Source: Pseudoalteromonas translucida KMM 520
GTDB lineage: Bacteria > Pseudomonadota > Gammaproteobacteria > Enterobacterales > Alteromonadaceae
Assembly: GCF_001465295.1 (NCBI RefSeq)
Contig: NZ_CP011034.1
Coordinates: 1,590,001 to 1,622,000, forward strand
Reading direction: 5' to 3'
Length of the DNA: 32,000 nucleotides
A model generated the notes under the pieces. It saw nothing but the letters and a program-made list of their open reading frames with translations, did no database searches and was not told the origin of the DNA. The first letter of the stretch is position 1. Every line of letters starts with the position of its first letter. Positions 27,437 to 32,000 of the stretch are shown piece after piece. Made by a program: the position numbers and the translations under genes.

Positions 27437-28810
27437 ATGCAAGTTGCATTAGTAGGGTTAGGCGTTATGGGGAAAAACCTTGCCCTAAACTTAATTGAAA
27501 AGGGCATAACGCTGGTCGCTTATGACAAAAACCCCCATGCGGGTGAAGAGTTATTGAGCTGCGCTAAGTCAGAAGGTTTAGCTGATAAGCTGCATATTGT
27601 TTCTGATTTAGGAGACATGGTTAGACGTTTAGAAGCACCGCGTTCTATTTTGTTGCTTGTTCCTGCGGGCGAGTTGGTTGATGCTGTATGCAGTGAGCTC
27701 ATAGAAGCAGGTGTACAGTGCAGCGATATTATAGTTGACTGTGGTAACAGTAATTATAAAGACGGTATTAACCGTAAGCTTAAATACCAAAATAAATTTG
27801 AGTTTGCCACTATGGGGATTTCAGGCGGCGCAGAAGGTGCTCGTCATGGTCCTGCTATGATGGCAAGCGGATCTGAAGGTGGTTGGGAGCGTGTCGAGCC
27901 ATGGTTTACAAAGGTTGCTGCAAGTTATAAGGGTGAATCGTGTTTCGCTCGTGTAGGCCAATCAGCCAGTGGTCATTTTGTAAAAATGGTTCATAACGGC
28001 ATTGAATATGCGCTAATGCAACTTATTGCTGAAGTGTATCAATTGCTGCGTCATGGCACTGGGCGCTCACCTAAAGAAGTAGCAGAAATTTTTAACGACT
28101 GGTCGCAAGAGCATTTAAACAGTTACTTATTGTCTATTTCTAGCCACATATTGTCACTTGAAAATCAAAATAATGTACCACTTGTGGACTTAATTGATAA
28201 TAAAGTAGGCGCTAAAGGCACAGGTTTATGGACTGCACAAAATGCATTAGAGTTAGGTATTGCGGTACCGTCTTTAGTGGCTGCAGTGCAAGCACGTCAT
28301 TTAACTAATGTTTATGACACAACTGCTGCACAAGAGATGACTTACGCCGATAGAGCAACCACTAAAGTTGAAATTGACTTAGTTGAGCTTAAAGATGCAT
28401 TTACTTTAGCCAGCTTACTTGCTTATCGCCAAGGTTTGGCTTTAATTAAAGGCGCGTCGCGTACGCATCAGTGGAAAGTAGATTTATCTAAAACACTGCA
28501 AACATGGCGTGCGGGTTGTATTATTCGTGCTGATTATTTAGACAGTGTTGCACAAGGCGTTGAATTTATTGACACCCTTGATAAAGAAGTATTTGCACTG
28601 CGTAAAATAACAGGCCAAGCAATGATGACAGGCTTAGCGTTTCCGGTGCTTAGCTCATCGCAAACTTACTTTGCTACATTAACCACTCCAAGTAATGGGC
28701 ATTTAGTACAAGCCCAGCGTGATTACTTTGGTGAGCATGGGGTTAAAACCCATACAGGTGAAGTGTGTCATTTAACAGACCTAGTTGAGATTGACGCGAA
28801 AGTACGTTAA
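27437..28810 (+). CDS. gnd: 6-phosphogluconate dehydrogenase (decarboxylating)
   Basis: The N-terminal Rossmann motif is VALVGLGVMGKNLALNL. The 6PGD signature region is ATMGISGGAEGARHGPAMMASG, followed by GHFVKMVHNGIEYALMQLIAEVY. It is 457 aa. A strong SD GAGGAGG lies 7 nt upstream. Confidence 0.9.
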   Translation: MQVALVGLGVMGKNLALNLIEKGITLVAYDKNPHAGEELLSCAKSEGLADKLHIVSDLGDMVRRLEAPRSILLLVPAGELVDAVCSELIEAGVQCSDIIVDCGNSNYKDGINRKLKYQNKFEFATMGISGGAEGARHGPAMMASGSEGGWERVEPWFTKVAASYKGESCFARVGQSASGHFVKMVHNGIEYALMQLIAEVYQLLRHGTGRSPKEVAEIFNDWSQEHLNSYLLSISSHILSLENQNNVPLVDLIDNKVGAKGTGLWTAQNALELGIAVPSLVAAVQARHLTNVYDTTAAQEMTYADRATTKVEIDLVELKDAFTLASLLAYRQGLALIKGASRTHQWKVDLSKTLQTWRAGCIIRADYLDSVAQGVEFIDTLDKEVFALRKITGQAMMTGLAFPVLSSSQTYFATLTTPSNGHLVQAQRDYFGEHGVKTHTGEVCHLTDLVEIDAKVR

Positions 28811-28850
28811 TCAACCTGATCTCCGGATAATAAACTTATCTCAAGCAGCT

Positions 28851-28931
28851 ATTTTCAGCGCTAACTGCGTTGAATTTACTTGCAATAGGCCAGCTATTGA
28901 CGCGTAAATTCGTCTTGTTTTCACTGAAAAT
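28851..28931. other. 81-nt compound imperfect hairpin in the gnd/ansA convergent spacer (structured RNA or REP-like element)
   Basis: There are three nested perfect helices: ATTTTCAG/CTGAAAAT (28851-58/28924-31), GAATTTAC/GTAAATTC (28872-79/28904-11) and CAATAG/CTATTG (28883-88/28894-99). The apical loop is GCCAG. Confidence 0.45.
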
Positions 28932-29022
28932 CTCTGGCTAGAGAAAATAAAATTAAATATAACTATGATTCAATACGTTAGTAAATCTCTTAACCAGAGT
29001 TCAGGTTAATTATTAAAACTAC

Positions 29023-29054
29023 AAAAAAGCACGCTAAATTTAGCGTGCTTTTTT
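29023..29054. terminator. Bidirectional intrinsic terminator between gnd and ansA
   Basis: GCACGCTA (29029-36) pairs with TAGCGTGC (29041-48) around loop AATT. It is flanked by A6 and T6. Confidence 0.85.
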
Positions 29055-29072
29055 AATTTTAAGTCCGCTGAA

Positions 29073-30083
29073 TTAACGGGTTAACTCACCGCGTAAATTG
29101 TCTTGCATTAAATGGCGAATTGTCTCTACTTCAAGGTTTTGACTTAATAAGTAATGCAGCTTAGTTAAGCAAGCCTCTAATGTCATATCGTAACCACTGA
29201 TCACACCTATATTAAGTAGCGCGTTACCCGTTGCATAGCCGCCCATATTTACATGACCTTTTATGCATTGGGTTAAATTTATAATAATAACGCCGCGCTT
29301 ACTGGCTTGCTCTAAAATAGTTAAAAACTCAGGATCTTGTGGTGCATTGCCCACGCCAAAACTTAATAACACCAATGCTTTAATGCTACCGTTTACTAAA
29401 CTTTTCACAACTTCAGTACTAATGCCCGGATATAAATGCAGTATCCCAATAGGCTGCGTAGTAATGGGGGTTACCTGTAAATCATTTTCAACATAGGGGC
29501 TTAATTGGCCTTTTATAAGTTGAATATTAATACCTGAAAGCGCTAAAGGCTCAAGGTTTGGTGAGGCAAATGCATCAAATCCATCGGCATGGGCTTTAGT
29601 GGCTCGATTACCACGAAATAACTGATTATTAAAAAATAAGCTTACTTCAGCAATAGGGTAATTTGCTGCTAAGTACATGGCATTGAGTAAATTTACTTGC
29701 CCATCTGAGCGCAGTTGCGACAAGGGAATTTGTGAGCCGGTAACGATTACAGGCTTGGTTAAATTTTCAAACATAAAAGATAATGCGGCGGCGGTATACG
29801 CCATAGTGTCGGTGCCATGGAGGACAACAAAGCCATCATAGTCTTGATATTTGTTTTTTATATCATCTGCTATTAACTGCCAGTGGGCTGGCGTCATATC
29901 AGAGGAATCAATTAAAGGGCAATACTCGTGAATATCAAAAAGTGGCATTTCTTCACGGTTAAACTCTGCATTATTGACCACAGTCTGAGTTAAGAACCCT
30001 TCTGCAGGAATATAGCCGCGACTCGATTTTTTCATCCCAATTGTACCGCCAGTATAAGCGATGTAAATGCGTTTACGTTTCAT
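29073..30083 (-). CDS. ansA: Cytoplasmic L-asparaginase I
   Basis: The 336-aa product starts MKRKRIYIAYTGGTIGM, containing the catalytic TGGTIG motif. It also has HGTDTMAYTAAALSF, and GGYATGNAL ... LTKLHYLLSQ is collinear with E. coli AnsA. The sppA-ansA order matches E. coli. Confidence 0.95.
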   Translation of the reverse strand: MKRKRIYIAYTGGTIGMKKSSRGYIPAEGFLTQTVVNNAEFNREEMPLFDIHEYCPLIDSSDMTPAHWQLIADDIKNKYQDYDGFVVLHGTDTMAYTAAALSFMFENLTKPVIVTGSQIPLSQLRSDGQVNLLNAMYLAANYPIAEVSLFFNNQLFRGNRATKAHADGFDAFASPNLEPLALSGINIQLIKGQLSPYVENDLQVTPITTQPIGILHLYPGISTEVVKSLVNGSIKALVLLSFGVGNAPQDPEFLTILEQASKRGVIIINLTQCIKGHVNMGGYATGNALLNIGVISGYDMTLEACLTKLHYLLSQNLEVETIRHLMQDNLRGELTR

Positions 30084-30111
30084 AAAAAAGCCCAGTAAAA
30101 TAACTGGGCTT
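30084..30111 (-). terminator. Intrinsic terminator of sppA, abutting the ansA start codon
   Basis: The minus strand reads AAGCCCAGT-tatttt-ACTGGGCTT, then TTTT, then directly ATG of ansA. The core stem is 7 bp (up to 9 bp), and six U residues sit directly before the ATG (two can join the stem). Confidence 0.75.
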
Positions 30112-30154
30112 AGTATAACTTTAAATACAACTGCTTATAAAGGCAGATGCACTT

Positions 30155-32000
30155 TTATTGTGCGACAGAGCAAGCTAAACAGCGCGCATAAACACCTTGT
30201 GGATCGTTATAATCTTTAAGGTTATCTATTTCGCTACTTAAACGCTTAACCACACTTTGTAAGTTAGCTTGCGTTGCAAGCACCGAGGTTGTTGCGTTGT
30301 TACTGCCAAGCATTGACTTAACTGATGCGTTACCCAAAATATCTTGAATCATTTTTTGTTGCGGGCTCAAGCTTTGTTTAATCGTTTTCACATCGTAATG
30401 ATTTAGTTTAGCAAGTGCTGCTGCCGCTTTAATTGCGTCTTGCTTATCACCTAGTTTATCGATTAAGCCTAGCTCTTGTGCTTTTGCTGCAATCCATACA
30501 CGGCCTTGCGCTATATTATCAACTTGCTCAGGTGTCATGTTACGTGCATCTGCAACCACATCTAAAAAGCGTCCGTAGGCCTCCTCAACACTCATTTGAA
30601 TTACTTGCGCCATTTTGTCATCAAGCGGGCGAGTAATAGAAAACCCAGCCATGTCGGTAGTTGCCACGCCATCCGAGTAAACACCAAGGTTAGATAAGGT
30701 GTTTTCAAAGGTCATAAAGGTGCCAAATACGCCAATAGAGCCGGTAATTGTGCTTGGCGCAGCCCAAATTTCATTTGCTGCTGAAGCAATCCAATAACCG
30801 CCAGAAGCTGCAACAGAGCTCATTGAAGCAATAACAGGTTTACCTGCTGCTTTAAGTGCTAACACTTCAGCGCGAATAACTTCAGAGGCAAACATACTGC
30901 CGCCACCCGAATCAATGCGCAGTACTACAGCTTTAACTTTGTCATCTAAACGTGCATTACGTAGTAGCGCCGCTGTAGAGTCGCCGCCAATTTCACCGGC
31001 TTTGCGCTCGCCATCTACAATTGTACCTCTAGCAACAACTACCGCGACTTTTTCTGTCATTGGGTTATCAAATACAACAGGGGGCTTAACTAAGCTTAAA
31101 TATTGACGAAATGAAACTTGTTTAAAGGTTTTACCTTTTTCATCAGCGCCAACTAAATCAATTAATTGTTGGCGAACTTGTTGATTGGTTTTTAATGTGT
31201 CGACCCATTGATTATCAAGCGCATACTGACCCGCGTCGCCATTTGCGGCTGTCATTTTTGCTAAAAACACATCCATGGTTTCGTCAAAGTTTGATTCATC
31301 AAAAGGACGTACTGCAGCAACATCTTGTTTGTATTCATTCCAAAGTGCAGTTAACCATACGCGGTTAGCTTCTTTAGCTGCATCCGACATGTCATTGCGA
31401 ATAAACGGCTCAACAGCCGATTTAAACGTACCAACACGGAATATATGCTGTGTTACTTTTAACTTTTCAAGTGCTTCTTTAAAGTACAGTGGGTACATAC
31501 CAAAGCCTTCAATTGCTACACTGCCATAAGGGTGCATAGCAACTTCATCTGCATGTGCTGCAATATAGTATTGAGCTTGAGTATAGTAATAACCAGAGGC
31601 AATAACTTTTTTACCCGTTTGTTTAAATGCTTCAAGTGCCTTGGTAATTTGCTTTAATTTATTTAAATGCGCTTTTGGCATTTCTTGTAAATCTAACAGT
31701 ATTACGCTGATACGGTCATCTTTTGCGGCTTCATTAATAACCTCAACTATATCATCAAGTAAAATTTCACCCGGTGATTCAGCGTTTGAAGTAGCATCAC
31801 TAATTGCCGCTTCAATAGGATCTATGTAGGTTTTTTCTTCAACAATAGGGCCGTTTAGATTTAGTCTAAGTACTGAGCCATTTTCTACAATTATTTTATC
31901 GCCATCACTAGAAATAGACACAATAAAAACAATAACCAGTAATAAAAATAAAATGTTTAGTATTAAACGACGAGAAAAATTTATCCCAGTCCAAATACCT
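30155..32000 (-). CDS. sppA: Signal peptide peptidase SppA (67K type, tandem S49 domains), 5' end beyond the window
   Basis: The track ORF begins at an internal GTG (31921). The frame stays open to position 32000 and encodes GIWTGINFSRRLILNILFLLLVIVFIVSIS, the N-terminal TM anchor. The S49 motifs are SMSSVAASGGYWIA and GSIGVFG. The C-terminus NDPQGVYARCLAC resembles E. coli NDPQNRYAFCLTC. Confidence 0.93.
   Translation of the reverse strand, partial: GIWTGINFSRRLILNILFLLLVIVFIVSISSDGDKIIVENGSVLRLNLNGPIVEEKTYIDPIEAAISDATSNAESPGEILLDDIVEVINEAAKDDRISVILLDLQEMPKAHLNKLKQITKALEAFKQTGKKVIASGYYYTQAQYYIAAHADEVAMHPYGSVAIEGFGMYPLYFKEALEKLKVTQHIFRVGTFKSAVEPFIRNDMSDAAKEANRVWLTALWNEYKQDVAAVRPFDESNFDETMDVFLAKMTAANGDAGQYALDNQWVDTLKTNQQVRQQLIDLVGADEKGKTFKQVSFRQYLSLVKPPVVFDNPMTEKVAVVVARGTIVDGERKAGEIGGDSTAALLRNARLDDKVKAVVLRIDSGGGSMFASEVIRAEVLALKAAGKPVIASMSSVAASGGYWIASAANEIWAAPSTITGSIGVFGTFMTFENTLSNLGVYSDGVATTDMAGFSITRPLDDKMAQVIQMSVEEAYGRFLDVVADARNMTPEQVDNIAQGRVWIAAKAQELGLIDKLGDKQDAIKAAAALAKLNHYDVKTIKQSLSPQQKMIQDILGNASVKSMLGSNNATTSVLATQANLQSVVKRLSSEIDNLKDYNDPQGVYARCLACSVAQ

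Noticed and set aside
30155-32000. Internal duplication within sppA, considered as a repeat or fusion
   Set aside because: Tandem S49 domains are the normal architecture of 67K-type SppA and are not novel.

Overview
This is an ordinary core-chromosome window from a roughly 40% GC marine gammaproteobacterium. Gene content and protein sequences look Alteromonadales/Pseudoalteromonas-like, but that is an impression, not a search result. I support 27 protein-coding genes.

Genes in order:
- a truncated MgtC-family gene and a BCCT osmolyte transporter
- the glutathione-dependent formaldehyde detoxification pair frmA-fghA, with a divergent LysR regulator
- lolCDE, a YehS-like DUF1456 gene, gdhA, and a stand-alone HflX-type GTPase
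- an AMP-forming acyl-CoA synthetase and a small DUF3010-like orphan
- thrS-infC-rpmI-rplT
- an M14 peptidase translationally coupled to a GloC/YcbL-type metallo-beta-lactamase-fold hydrolase
- an Lrp/AsnC regulator and a SulP/STAS anion transporter
- an AlgZ/LytS-type histidine kinase with a LytTR response regulator
- pykA divergent from gnd, then ansA and a truncated sppA

Most convergent gene pairs are separated by clean bidirectional intrinsic terminators. Several genes need non-ATG starts: infC uses ATT, the BCCT gene GTG, and the yehS-like gene and the kinase TTG. Many ORF-track starts are spurious 5' extensions, and I have trimmed them.

I saw no rRNA, tRNA, CRISPR array, transposase, integrase, phage gene or compositional island. 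I could not find convincing evidence for a novel multi-gene system.

The signals most worth a second look are cis-regulatory:
- a tRNA-Thr anticodon-arm mimic in the thrS leader
- a highly structured infC-rpmI spacer
- two perfect 14-bp palindromes plus a GC-rich inverted repeat in the pykA/gnd control region
- an 81-nt compound hairpin downstream of gnd
- an intrinsic terminator that abuts the ansA start codon

Two proteins also stand out: the HflX paralog-like GTPase with an acidic insertion, and the DUF3010-like orphan.
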